Of a DNA stretch of 64,000 nt, positions 37,393-47,530 are shown one piece after another. Both the position numbers and the translations under genes were made by a program. The stretch spans positions 131,943 to 195,942 of the forward strand of contig JBMNEQ010000002.1 of assembly GCA_050948865.1 (NCBI GenBank), given 5' to 3'. Position 1 is the first letter of the stretch, and each line of letters begins with the position of its first letter. This stretch comes from Bacilli bacterium (GTDB lineage Bacteria > Bacillota_I > Bacilli_A > RF39 > UBA660). The notes below the pieces were generated by a model. The model was not told where the DNA came from, ran no database searches, and saw nothing but the letters and a program-made list of their open reading frames with translations.

Positions 37393-38984
37393 TGAATCTA
37401 TTTTTTTTAACTTTGATTCCATGGTTAAGTTATGTTGTTTTAATTACTAGAAGAGGTTTACATATGCTTCAACAAAATTTGTATGATAATGATTTACGTT
37501 ATTTTAAATGGATTAAAAATAATTTATTAAAATTATTTGGGGGTGCTTCTTTAGTTCCTTTATTACTTTTAAAAGGCTTTTTTATCTATAATATTTCAAT
37601 TATTATGTTTTTCTTTGTTTTAGTTTATAGTTTATTATTTTTAAAAGAATTTTGTTTATTAAAAAAGGAAGAATATAAAAAACCATTAGTAATTACTGCT
37701 AGAATAAAAAGATTAATTATGACAACTTTCTTAATTTATTTAATTCTTCTTTTTTATATTATTTTCAATTTTAAAGATCATAAAATTCCTTTCTTTTATA
37801 ATTATTTTATTATTTTAGGTTTCTTTCAATATTTTCTTCTTATGATAGTAGTTAGAATTAATATTCCTTTAGAAAAGTGTGTTTATTATTATTATTTAAA
37901 TAAAGCTAAAAGAAAAATTAAAGGGATGCCTAATTTAAAAGTAATAGGGATTACTGGTAGTTATGGAAAAACTAGTAGTAAGAATATTTTAAGTGATATT
38001 TTAAATATAAAATATAATGCTTTAGCTACTCCTAAAAATTTAAATACTCCTTATGGTTTAATGATTTCTATAAATAATCATTTAAGTAAATTTGAGGATA
38101 TTTTTATTGCTGAGATGGGAGCTTATCATCAAGGAGAAATAAAGGAACTATGTAATATAGTTTATCCTAAGTATGGTATTTTAACAAAAATAGGAGAAGC
38201 TCATTTGGAGTTATTTGGTTCTAAGGAAATTATTCAAAAGACTAAATTTGAATTAATTGAAAGTTTACCGGAAGATGGAATTGGAGTTTTAAATAAAGAT
38301 GATAAATTACAAGTTAATTATCCTTTAAAAAATAGATGTCGTCTTCTTTGGATTGGAATTGAAGAAGAAGAAGTCGATGTTTTAGCTAAAAATATTAAGA
38401 TAAATTATCAAGGTATTAAATTTGATGTTTTATTTAAAGGTGATAAAAAATTATATCATTTTGAAACAAAATTATTAGGTTATGAAAATGTTTATAATAT
38501 TTTAGCGGGAATTGCTCTTGGTTATGAATTTGGTTTAACAAAAGAGGAATTAATTATGGCAGTAAGAATGATAAAGCCAATTCCTCATCGTTTAGAATTA
38601 AAAAAAATAGGAGATCTTCATATTATTGATGATGCTTATAATTCTAATCCTCTTGGATCAAAAATGGCCTTAGAAGTTTTAAAACTAATGCCTGGTAAGA
38701 AGATAATAGTAACCCCAGGAATGATTGAATTAGGCGAAAAACAAGAAGAATTAAATAAAGAATTTGGAAAACAAATAGCTTTAGTATGTGATGAAGTTAT
38801 ATTAATTGGAAAAGATCAAACTAAACCTATTTATGAAGGTTTAAAAATAAAAAAACATCCTGAAAAAGATATTTATATTTTAAATGATGTTAAAAAAGCT
38901 TTTTCTTTATTAAAAAAATTAAAGGGAAAAGAAACTTATGTATTGTTAGAAAATGATTTACCAGATATATTTAGTGAGGAGTGA
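37389..38984 (+). CDS. murF: UDP-MurNAc-pentapeptide synthetase MurF with an N-terminal polytopic membrane extension
   Basis: P-loop VIGITGSYGKTSSKN at about residue 190, plus DDAYNSNPLGSKMAL and a Mur ligase C domain. Residues 1-180 form 5-6 hydrophobic helices. Confidence 0.7.
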   Translation: MMNLFFLTLIPWLSYVVLITRRGLHMLQQNLYDNDLRYFKWIKNNLLKLFGGASLVPLLLLKGFFIYNISIIMFFFVLVYSLLFLKEFCLLKKEEYKKPLVITARIKRLIMTTFLIYLILLFYIIFNFKDHKIPFFYNYFIILGFFQYFLLMIVVRINIPLEKCVYYYYLNKAKRKIKGMPNLKVIGITGSYGKTSSKNILSDILNIKYNALATPKNLNTPYGLMISINNHLSKFEDIFIAEMGAYHQGEIKELCNIVYPKYGILTKIGEAHLELFGSKEIIQKTKFELIESLPEDGIGVLNKDDKLQVNYPLKNRCRLLWIGIEEEEVDVLAKNIKINYQGIKFDVLFKGDKKLYHFETKLLGYENVYNILAGIALGYEFGLTKEELIMAVRMIKPIPHRLELKKIGDLHIIDDAYNSNPLGSKMALEVLKLMPGKKIIVTPGMIELGEKQEELNKEFGKQIALVCDEVILIGKDQTKPIYEGLKIKKHPEKDIYILNDVKKAFSLLKKLKGKETYVLLENDLPDIFSEE

Positions 38985-38988
38985 TGGT

Positions 38989-40167
38989 ATGAAAATTAAA
39001 ATTGGAGTTATTTTTGGAGGTCAAACAGTTGAACATGAGGTAAGTATTATTTCAGCTATTCAAGCGATGAAAGCGATAGATTTGGATAAATATGAAGTAA
39101 TTCCTATTTATATTTCCAAAGAAAAAGAATGGTATACAGGTAATTTATTAAAAGATATTGATAATTATCAAGATTTAGATAATTTAAAGAGGTATGCTAA
39201 AAGGGTAGTTTTATATAATGATAATGGTCGTTTTGTTTTACAAAATAAAAGTGGCTTTCGTTTTGCAATTAGTGAAATAGATATTGCTTTTCCTATTGTT
39301 CATGGGGTTAATGTGGAAGATGGAACTTTACATGGATATTTGGAAATGGTGGGAATACCTTATATAGGTTGTGATATTTATGGTGGGGTTGTTGGTCAAG
39401 ATAAAATATTTATGAAACAAATACTAGAAACAAGTAAAATACCAATTCCTAAATATGTTTGGTTTTTTGATAGTGAATATCAAGAAAATAAATCTTTAGT
39501 TTTAGAAAAAATTAAAAAATTAAAGTTTCCTGTCATTTTAAAACCTTCTCGTTTAGGAAGTAGTGTTGGTATTAATATAGTTACTGATATTAATAAATTA
39601 GAAGAAGCGATTGAAGATACCTTACAGTATGATCCTAAAGTAGTTGTTGAGGAAATGGTAGAAAATTTAATAGAAGTTAATTGTAGTGTGTTAGGTAATT
39701 ATACTTATCAACAAACTAGTGAATTAGAAGAGGTCATGAGTAGTGAGGAATTTTTAACTTACCAAGATAAATATTTAGGTTCTACTAAAGGTGGAAAATC
39801 AGAAGGAATGGCTTCAACAAATAGAGTGTTGCCTGCTCGAATTGATGATAAATTAAGAAAAGAAGTTCGAGATTTAGCCAAAGATACTTTTAAAGTTTTA
39901 AATGCTTCAGGAGTTTGCCGAATAGATTTTCTAATCGATAAAAAGAAAAAGAAAGTTTATGTTAATGAAATAAATACGATTCCTGGTTCTTTATCTTTTT
40001 ATCTTTGGGAACCTGTTGGAAAGAGTTATACTAGTTTGATTGAAGATTTAGTTTCTTTAGCAATAAAAAATCATAAAAGAAAGAACAAATTAATCTTTTC
40101 TTTTGAAACTAATATATTAAAATTTCATGGTGGCTTAAAAGGAAATAAAAATAAATTAAAATCTTAG
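38989..40167 (+). CDS. ddl: D-alanine--D-alanine ligase
   Basis: MKIKIGVIFGGQTVEHEVSIISA...; ATP-grasp; the ATG at 38989 has a gaggag SD. Confidence 0.8.
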   Translation: MKIKIGVIFGGQTVEHEVSIISAIQAMKAIDLDKYEVIPIYISKEKEWYTGNLLKDIDNYQDLDNLKRYAKRVVLYNDNGRFVLQNKSGFRFAISEIDIAFPIVHGVNVEDGTLHGYLEMVGIPYIGCDIYGGVVGQDKIFMKQILETSKIPIPKYVWFFDSEYQENKSLVLEKIKKLKFPVILKPSRLGSSVGINIVTDINKLEEAIEDTLQYDPKVVVEEMVENLIEVNCSVLGNYTYQQTSELEEVMSSEEFLTYQDKYLGSTKGGKSEGMASTNRVLPARIDDKLRKEVRDLAKDTFKVLNASGVCRIDFLIDKKKKKVYVNEINTIPGSLSFYLWEPVGKSYTSLIEDLVSLAIKNHKRKNKLIFSFETNILKFHGGLKGNKNKLKS

Positions 40168-40209
40168 TTGTCAAATAAGGCTTTATATAATATAATATCA
40201 TTGTCTGTT

Positions 40210-40286
40210 GGACGATTAGCTCAGTTGGTTAGAGTGCTACCTTGACATGGTAGAAGTCATAGGTTCGAGTCCTATATCGTCCACCA
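40210..40286 (+). tRNA. tRNA-Val (anticodon GAC)
   Basis: GGACGATTAGCTCAGTTGG...CCTTGACATGG...CCA. Confidence 0.8.
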
Positions 40287-40307
40287 GTTAAATGGATGGT
40301 GGTTTAG

Positions 40308-40523
40308 ATGGAATGTGATTTATGTAAAGAGAAGATCGCTATTTATGATTATCTCTTAAATGATAATAGTAGAGCAAGAATTTGTGAAGAATGTGGGAAA
40401 ATAGTTTATGGGGTTAAAGTTAATCCCGTAATTCCTAATAATAGATTGTTTCATTTAATAGCCTTAAAAGAATATATTTCTTTTAAGAAAGAGAGGCAAT
40501 TAAAAGTAAAAACTAAAAAATAA
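40308..40523 (+). CDS. small zinc-ribbon protein (CxxC...CxxC) embedded between tRNA genes
   Basis: MECDLCKEKIAIYDY...RICEECGK. An SD ggtgg sits 5 nt upstream. Confidence 0.4.
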   Translation: MECDLCKEKIAIYDYLLNDNSRARICEECGKIVYGVKVNPVIPNNRLFHLIALKEYISFKKERQLKVKTKK

Positions 40524-40527
40524 TTTT

Positions 40528-40603
40528 GTCTCCTTAGCTCAGTTGGTAGAGCAATTGACTCTTAATCAATAGGTCGTGGGTTCGAACCCCTCAGGGGACA
40601 CCA
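40528..40603 (+). tRNA. tRNA-Lys (anticodon CTT)
   Basis: GTCTCCTTAGCTCAGTTGGTAGAGC...GACTCTTAATC...CCA. Confidence 0.75.
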
Positions 40604-40670
40604 AAAAATATTTAATCAACTTTGTTTGATTTTTTTATTAATATTGAAGCAAAATATAATAGGTGATTTA

Positions 40671-41192
40671 ATGAAAAAAGTAAAACCTAGTTTTTATAAA
40701 CAAGATGCTTTAATTGTTGGACCTTCTTTACTTGGAAAGATATTAGTTAGGAAACTAGATAATGGTAAAATATTTCGTTATCGAATTACAGAAACAGAAG
40801 TTTATCGTGGAGAAGAAGATAAAGCTTGTCATGCTAGGTTTGGTATAACTAATAGAACGATGCCCTTATACGCTGAAGGAGGTCTTATTTATGTTTATTT
40901 ATGTTATGGCATTCATTATTTATTTAACATAGTAACAGGGGAAAAAGGGAAGCCTCAAGCTGTTTTAATTAGGGGAATAGAAAATTATAATGGACCAGGT
41001 AAATTAACAAAAGCTTTAAATATAGATTTAAATTTAAATAAAGAAAATTTAAATACTTCTAAAGAAATTTGGCTTGAAGAAGATGGTTATCAACCTTTTT
41101 ATAAAACAACTTCCCGAATTGGAATAGATTATGCCACTGAACCATATAAAAGTATTGAATGGAGATTTGTTTTAATTGATAAAGATAGTTAA
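40671..41192 (+). CDS. mpg: DNA-3-methyladenine glycosylase (Mpg/AAG family)
   Basis: PSLLGKILVR...ITETEVYRGEEDKACHA...GLIYVYLCYGIHYLFNIVTG...AVLIRG. The ATG at 40671 has an aggtga SD. Confidence 0.8.
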   Translation: MKKVKPSFYKQDALIVGPSLLGKILVRKLDNGKIFRYRITETEVYRGEEDKACHARFGITNRTMPLYAEGGLIYVYLCYGIHYLFNIVTGEKGKPQAVLIRGIENYNGPGKLTKALNIDLNLNKENLNTSKEIWLEEDGYQPFYKTTSRIGIDYATEPYKSIEWRFVLIDKDS

Positions 41193-41272
41193 TTTGTATA
41201 TAAATATTGAATTGGTGGTTGCTTTTTTATAAAAATTAAGATAAAATGTAATAGTCCATTAAAAAGATTGAT

Positions 41273-41349
<77 letters not shown>

Positions 41350-41356
41350 TTTATTT

Positions 41357-41433
41357 GGCCCGTTGGTGAAGCGGTTTAACACACATGCCTTTCACGCATG
41401 CATTCATGGGTTCAAATCCCGTACGGGTCACCA
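41357..41433 (+). tRNA. tRNA-Glu (anticodon TTC)
   Basis: GGCCCGTTGGTGAAGCGG...CCTTTCACG...GGGTTCAAATCCC...CCA. Confidence 0.8.
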
Positions 41434-41516
41434 GTTGTTAATTATGAGAACTTACTACTACATGTAGGAGGTTTCTTAGTTAGTATAATAAGGCTTGATA
41501 TTCAAGTATATAGTTA

Positions 41517-41556
41517 GAAATAGATTGTTACCTAAAGAAAGGAGCAATCTATTTTT
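41517..41556 (+). terminator. rho-independent terminator after the tRNA-Ile/Glu pair
   Basis: gaaatagattg-ttacctaaagaaaggag-caatctattttt. Confidence 0.5.
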
Positions 41557-41749
41557 AAATTAGAATTAAAAACAATAAAACAATTTACAATTCATTTTTT
41601 TAAGAAAGTTTTGGAAAAGATCTTGTAGTGAGGAGTCATATGGTAAATAGAAAAGTAGTATAAGAAGTTTAGTTAAAATAAGGTGATGTTGTATTCTTTA
41701 AATTATTTAAAAAATATGATATTATTTTTATTGTAGGAGGAAAGTATCT

Positions 41750-42298
41750 ATGGAAATTTATATAGTTATTGGAATCGTTGCTTTATTATTAATTTATACA
41801 TTTATTGTTTATAATAATTTAATAAAATTAAGCAACAAAATTAAAGAGGCATTTGCAACGATGGATGTTTATTTAAAGAAAAGATGGGATTTAATTCCTA
41901 ATATTGTTGAAATTGTTAAAGGCTATGCAAAACATGAAAAGGATACCTTAGAAAAGGTTATTAATTTAAGAAATGATGCTTATGACAAAATGAGTATAAA
42001 TGATAAAATTGATACCAATGAGAAATTAACAGCGGGCATTTCAAAATTAATGATGTTAGTTGAAAGTTATCCAGATTTAAAAGCAAATCAAAACTTTTTA
42101 GATTTGAGTTTGCAATTATCTAAAGTGGAAGAAGATATTGCTAATTCGAGAAAATATTATAATGCTGTCGTTAGAAATATGAATGATAAAGTACAAATGT
42201 TTCCAAGTAATATTTTTGCTAGTTTATTTGGGTTTAAAGAAAATAAATTCTTTGAAGTAAGTAATTCTGAAAGAGAAAATATTAAGGTAAAATTATAA
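41750..42298 (+). CDS. lemA: LemA family membrane protein
   Basis: N-terminal TM plus LemA domain (NNLIKLSNKIKEAFATMDVYLKKRWDLIPN). Confidence 0.85.
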   Translation: MEIYIVIGIVALLLIYTFIVYNNLIKLSNKIKEAFATMDVYLKKRWDLIPNIVEIVKGYAKHEKDTLEKVINLRNDAYDKMSINDKIDTNEKLTAGISKLMMLVESYPDLKANQNFLDLSLQLSKVEEDIANSRKYYNAVVRNMNDKVQMFPSNIFASLFGFKENKFFEVSNSERENIKVKL

Positions 42299-44766
42299 TG
42301 AATAAGTATAGGTTATTTCTAACGAGTATATTTCTTTTTCTTTTTTTGGTTATTTTACCAATCAAGGTAGAAGCTTTAAGTTATAAAAGTGATTTTGTTG
42401 ATTTAAAAAGTGATGTTGTTTTTCAGACTGATGAATTTGAATTAGATTTAAAATATATTGAATTTGCTAATGAGATAATTGATAAACCAGCTGCCATAAC
42501 TGGTGAGGGAAGAAGAAAAATTAGTAATATATATTATTATCATTATGTAGTTTACTATTATAATGATCAAAAAGAAGAGATTGGGGCAACTGATGGTTAT
42601 AATGGGATATGGAATATGATTTCAGACTCAGCTGGTAGTTATCTAAGCAGTTTTTTAGAATCGAAAGATATGAAATTACCTTATAAACTGTCAGATATTA
42701 AATATTATAAATTATTTATTGAACCATCTACAAAAGAAATGGTTGATAATTATAACTATGAAAATTATAAAAAAATTAATATGAATGGACTTGATCCAAT
42801 TACTGATTTTAATACAATAGAGATGAAGATTGGTGAAAAGATTATAACTTCTAATGAAAGTAATAATGACAATATTAATAATTATATAAATACTTATGGA
42901 AATGGTGAATATGCATTAACAAAATATAAAATAGATATTAAGGTCAATGAAAATAATACATTTAATATAACAGAATTTATAACAGCTTATTTTAATGTAG
43001 AGAAGCATGGAATTTTTAGAAAAATACCATTAAGAAATAAAGTTGTTAGATTAGATGGTACAAAAAGTAATAATCGTGCCAAAATAAGTGATATAAGAGT
43101 TAATGAACAATCTATTACATATAATGAGTTGGGTTATCAAGTTATAAAAATTGGTGATCCTAATTCTATTTCAATTGGTAGCAAAGATTATGTAATTAAT
43201 TATTTATATAACATTGGAAAAGATACTGGTAAAGGGTATGATGAATTTTATTTTAATTTAATAGGTTATGAATGGGATACAACGATTAGTAATGTAGAAT
43301 TTACTATAACTATGCCAAAAGAGTTTGATAAAACAAAATTAGGTTTTTCAAGTGGTGTTGTTGGCTCGCTAAATACTAATAATATAGAATATAATGTTGA
43401 TGGTAATGTAATAAAAGGTAGATATAATGGTGTTTTAGATGTAGGTGAATCATTAACAGTAAGATTAGAACTTCCGGAAGGTTATTTTGTTGGCTCTAGT
43501 GATAATTTTGCTCTAATGATAATTATATTATTTGTTTTGCCAATTGCCTTTGCTATTATTTCATTCTTATTATGGGTTAAATATGGTAAAGATGATAAAG
43601 TTATTGAAACAGTAGAATTTTATCCTCCAGAAGGTTTTAATAGTGCGGAAGTTGGCTTTTTATATAAAGGTCAAGTTGATGAGAAAGATGTAGTTTCATT
43701 ATTAATATATTTAGCGAACAAGGGATATATAAGGATAGAAGAATCAGAAGAAAAGTCTCTATTCTCTACTAAAAAAGGTTTTAAGATAATAAAAATGAAA
43801 GAGTATGATGGGAATAATATAAATGAAAAAGTATTCCTAAAGGGATTATTTAATACAAAAAGAAGTAGCATAACTTCAGCGATTAAGTTAATGAAGGATA
43901 TGAAAAATTCTAAGCAAGAGGTTACAGATGAAAATAATTCACAATCAAAATTAGAAGAAGTTACAGCAATTGATTTGTATGATAGTTTTTATGTTATATT
44001 AAAGGTTATTGTGGAAAATCTAAACGATAAAGAAAACAAAGATAAAATATTTGAAAAATCAACATCTGGTAAATCGATAGCTGTTATTTTAATGATAATT
44101 ATATCTGTATTTATTATAATTGGTATTCCTACTTTGGAATATTCTGGTGTTGGTGAATTAGGGATGACATTGTTTATAACTTTATTTTATATTCCATTCT
44201 ATGCTGTTATTTTTATTAAAAAGATGCCACTAATAATTAGATTACTCTGGGGAGGTTTTACAATTTTTCATTCTATTATGTTTTTTAGTGTGTTTCCAAT
44301 AAGAGAAGCATTGTTTGATAATTCTATTTTATTATTAGGCTTTTTAGTTGGTTTAGTTTGCATAATTTTTATGATTATCTGTTTTAAAGCAATGCCTAAA
44401 AGAACTCCTTATGGAAACGAAATATTAGGTAAGATAAAAGGGTTTAGAAATTTCTTGGAAACAGCAGAAAAACCTAAACTAGAAGAATTAGTAATGCAAA
44501 ATCCACTTTATTTTTATAATATATTGCCATTTACTTATGTATTGGGTGTGTCTGATAAATGGATTAAAAAATTTGAAACAATAAGTTTACAAGAACCTGA
44601 TTGGTATGGTGGAAGTGCAGCATTTAGTATGGCATCGTTTGGAAGTTTTATGGATTCAACAATGTCTTCAGCTTCAAGCGCTATGTCATCTAGCTCTTCT
44701 AGTAGTAGTAGTGGTGGAGGATCATCAGGTGGTGGTTCAGGTGGTGGTGGGGGTGGTTCTTGGTAA
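42298..44766 (+). CDS. DUF2207-family membrane protein with a Gly/Ser-rich C-terminal tail
   Basis: Signal peptide, large extracytoplasmic domain, a TM cluster, and a terminal SSSSSSSGGGSSGGGSGGGGGGSW. The LemA-adjacent arrangement is classic. Confidence 0.7.
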   Translation: MNKYRLFLTSIFLFLFLVILPIKVEALSYKSDFVDLKSDVVFQTDEFELDLKYIEFANEIIDKPAAITGEGRRKISNIYYYHYVVYYYNDQKEEIGATDGYNGIWNMISDSAGSYLSSFLESKDMKLPYKLSDIKYYKLFIEPSTKEMVDNYNYENYKKINMNGLDPITDFNTIEMKIGEKIITSNESNNDNINNYINTYGNGEYALTKYKIDIKVNENNTFNITEFITAYFNVEKHGIFRKIPLRNKVVRLDGTKSNNRAKISDIRVNEQSITYNELGYQVIKIGDPNSISIGSKDYVINYLYNIGKDTGKGYDEFYFNLIGYEWDTTISNVEFTITMPKEFDKTKLGFSSGVVGSLNTNNIEYNVDGNVIKGRYNGVLDVGESLTVRLELPEGYFVGSSDNFALMIIILFVLPIAFAIISFLLWVKYGKDDKVIETVEFYPPEGFNSAEVGFLYKGQVDEKDVVSLLIYLANKGYIRIEESEEKSLFSTKKGFKIIKMKEYDGNNINEKVFLKGLFNTKRSSITSAIKLMKDMKNSKQEVTDENNSQSKLEEVTAIDLYDSFYVILKVIVENLNDKENKDKIFEKSTSGKSIAVILMIIISVFIIIGIPTLEYSGVGELGMTLFITLFYIPFYAVIFIKKMPLIIRLLWGGFTIFHSIMFFSVFPIREALFDNSILLLGFLVGLVCIIFMIICFKAMPKRTPYGNEILGKIKGFRNFLETAEKPKLEELVMQNPLYFYNILPFTYVLGVSDKWIKKFETISLQEPDWYGGSAAFSMASFGSFMDSTMSSASSAMSSSSSSSSSGGGSSGGGSGGGGGGSW

Positions 44767-44931
44767 AATTTTATTTATTCTATAAGAATTGTAAAATGGA
44801 GTGTAATTATTTTTTGGAAGTAGTAATTATAAGAAAAGCAAGTAATTTAATACTTGTTTTTTTATTTCTTTAAGTTAATTTTTTAGTTTGTTATAATAAA
44901 CTTAATTAATATTTCTTAAAAGGAGTTAAAT

Positions 44932-45651
44932 ATGATGGAAAAAGTTAAAGAATTAGTTTCTAAATTATTAAAAGGTGATAATTCAGGACATGGTATGGAA
45001 CATATAAATAGGGTTTTAAATTTATCTTTAAAATTTGCTAAAGAAGAAAAAGCTGATTTAAATATTGTAGCATTAAGTGCTTTATTACATGATGTTGATG
45101 ATTATAAATTAGTTGGTAGGAAAAAAGCAAGGGATTTAACTAATGCTAAAAAGATAATGGAAATAGCAAAGATAGAAAAAGATATTCAAAAAAAAGTTTT
45201 AAAGATAATAAGAACAATGGGTTATAATAAATTATTAAAAGGAATCAGACCAGATATTATAGAAGGAAAAATAGTATCTGATGCTGATATGTGTGATGCT
45301 CTTGGATCTAATGGAATACTTCGTAGTTATGCTTTTTCTCTTAAAAATAATCGTCTTTTTTTTGATAAAGATATTTGGCCGATAGAAGATATTTCTTATG
45401 ATGATTATGTAAAAAGAGTTGCTGATACTAGTGTTTGTCATATGTTTGAAAAGATCTTAACATTAAAAGACTTAATGTTAACAGAGTCAGGTTATAAAGA
45501 GGCTTTAAAAAGACATAATATTGTAGTAGATTTTTTAAGAAATTTATTTGAAGAAGAAGAGGCTCTGGATTGGTTAGATTATTTAAATAATTATTTACTA
45601 AAGGAAAAAAATAACGTTGAATTAAAAAGTAAGTTCACGTTTGAATGCTAA
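44932..45651 (+). CDS. HD-domain phosphohydrolase
   Basis: HGMEHINRV...LLHDVDD motif. Confidence 0.75.
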   Translation: MMEKVKELVSKLLKGDNSGHGMEHINRVLNLSLKFAKEEKADLNIVALSALLHDVDDYKLVGRKKARDLTNAKKIMEIAKIEKDIQKKVLKIIRTMGYNKLLKGIRPDIIEGKIVSDADMCDALGSNGILRSYAFSLKNNRLFFDKDIWPIEDISYDDYVKRVADTSVCHMFEKILTLKDLMLTESGYKEALKRHNIVVDFLRNLFEEEEALDWLDYLNNYLLKEKNNVELKSKFTFEC

Positions 45652-45940
45652 AATATAATTTCGTTACAAAGTTCTCGTTTGTGGGAGTTTTTTTAGTGTT
45701 TAAAATCTAAAAAGATGGTCTTTTTTTCAATATTATGATACTATATATTCGATGTTATAAATTTATAGCAGCTAAAAAAGGATACGTACTTGGTCATTTT
45801 AAGACTTAGTTCCCGTATCGGAATAATAAAAAAGAATTGTTGTTGGCTATTATTTGCCAACCAATCATTTAAAGTTATAGTAGATTTTTAAGTGATTGGT
45901 TGACAATCATTTGTAAGCAAAATGATCATCAATGAAAACT

Positions 45941-47128
45941 TTATTTAATTTTATAATCACTTAGATTAAATGTTACATTATCAGGTTTTATGTAAGAGCA
46001 ATTTAATTTTTTTATAAAATTCGGATAAAGTTTTTTAGTTAATTCATATGGTGTCTTATTATCTAAACTTACTCTTGGAGTATTGTTTATGTTATTCTCA
46101 AGAAACTTCACTGTTTCATCAGTCAAATTTTCAAAAGATGTTCCTTTAGTAAAAACCTTTCTGATGTAATAGTGATTTTTTTCTATTTCTGCTTTTTGAT
46201 TTGATTGATAAGGATCACAATAAAACACATTACATATTTTTTTATTGTTTTTATAATCTCTTTCCATCATATCAGGATTGAAAAATTCTCCTCCATTGTC
46301 GGTCAAAATAATCCGTAAAACTTGAGCGTATAACTTAATACCAAGTGTGTCTTTTAAAAATACAAATTTATCATCTACTGATGCTATATTATTTTTATCT
46401 AATAAAAAAATCAACATAAACTTAGTTTTAATAATTAAAAGCGTTAATAATACTTTTGAATTACCTTGTTTTCCAATAACAGTATCCATTTGGGCAACGT
46501 TCATTCTAGGATGTATAGTTGTGAAAAGCAGATAATCGTTATAAGTTCTATTTTTTAGAATAGCTAATTCACGTCTATTTCTACGTTGATTTAATTTCCT
46601 TTTTTTGTATTTTACTTTTTTAGGTAAATCTAAATTTGTTAAAGACAAAGCGTTAATATCAATGTACTTATAAAAAGTTGTTTTGCTCATGCAAAGAATG
46701 TCTTTGTGGTTTGCAAATACTTGGTTAACACTTTGTTTTTTATCTTTTATAAGTGGAACTATTATTTCTTCTATTTCTTCAATCTCTTGAGGAGTGATAT
46801 CAATGCCTTCTCTTGTTGTACGAAGTTTAAGTTTATATAAATCGTATGCTATCTTAGCGTTATAGTAAAGCTTTTTTTTAGAGCATCCTCCTTTGGCTGA
46901 ACAATTATTACAAACATATGGAACTTTATTGAGTTTAGGACAATTTGATGTGTTTTCATTGTTGTTTGAATATTTAGAGTATCTATTTCTTTTTACTTCT
47001 TTAGCAATAGTGGTGCGATCCTTTTCAATTGTTTTTCCAATATCAGTAAATGTAACGTTTTTTCTTATTAAAATTTCTATAACATCTCTTTGTTCTTTAG
47101 TAAGATGATTGTAACTTGATTTTGCCAT
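45941..47128 (-). CDS. IS30-family transposase (HTH + Cys-rich linker + DDE)
   Basis: MAKSSYNHLTKEQRDVIEILIRKNVTFTDIG...DRTTIAKEVKRNR, with DDE region LTDNGGEF...IEKNH. The ATG at 47128 has an aaggaag SD. Confidence 0.85.
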   Translation of the reverse strand: MAKSSYNHLTKEQRDVIEILIRKNVTFTDIGKTIEKDRTTIAKEVKRNRYSKYSNNNENTSNCPKLNKVPYVCNNCSAKGGCSKKKLYYNAKIAYDLYKLKLRTTREGIDITPQEIEEIEEIIVPLIKDKKQSVNQVFANHKDILCMSKTTFYKYIDINALSLTNLDLPKKVKYKKRKLNQRRNRRELAILKNRTYNDYLLFTTIHPRMNVAQMDTVIGKQGNSKVLLTLLIIKTKFMLIFLLDKNNIASVDDKFVFLKDTLGIKLYAQVLRIILTDNGGEFFNPDMMERDYKNNKKICNVFYCDPYQSNQKAEIEKNHYYIRKVFTKGTSFENLTDETVKFLENNINNTPRVSLDNKTPYELTKKLYPNFIKKLNCSYIKPDNVTFNLSDYKIK

Positions 47129-47468
47129 TTTGACACTTCCTTTCATTAATGGCAAATAAACCAACATAGAATATAATATAACTAATTAATAAATATAGCA
47201 AAGTAAAATTCATTTCTAATAATTGATGAACTAAGTTTGATGGTTAAAATCCCTAAATTATTAAGTGATATGAATTTGCTCGTTTCTTGTTTGTTATATA
47301 TAATGAATTAGGAATTTAAAAAATAGGTTCTTAATAAAAACAGTTCTATTACAGATGATATTACTGATAAAGATTGGATTTAAGTCAAGTATTTAGACGC
47401 TTTTTTATAAACGTTTTAATTTATATTTAAATTTATTCCAATTTCCTTTATGATTTTAGGAACCCAAT

Positions 47469-47530
47469 TCGTGTTAATTTTGTCGTGGAAAGCGTATAGA
47501 CGCTTTCGCTTTTACGACTAACACGAATTG
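47469..47530 (-). other. compound stem-loop inside the leader of IS copy A
   Basis: ttcgtgttaattttgtcgt...acgactaacacgaa nested around aaagcgtatagacgcttt. Confidence 0.35.

Noticed and set aside
43671-43871. 66-aa minus ORF
   Set aside because: It is inside the DUF2207 gene.
45235-45441. 68-aa minus ORF
   Set aside because: It is inside the HD-domain gene.
46347-47108. Two plus-strand ORFs (62 and 71 aa) inside IS copy A
   Set aside because: They are antisense to the transposase. They have no RBS and a junk composition.
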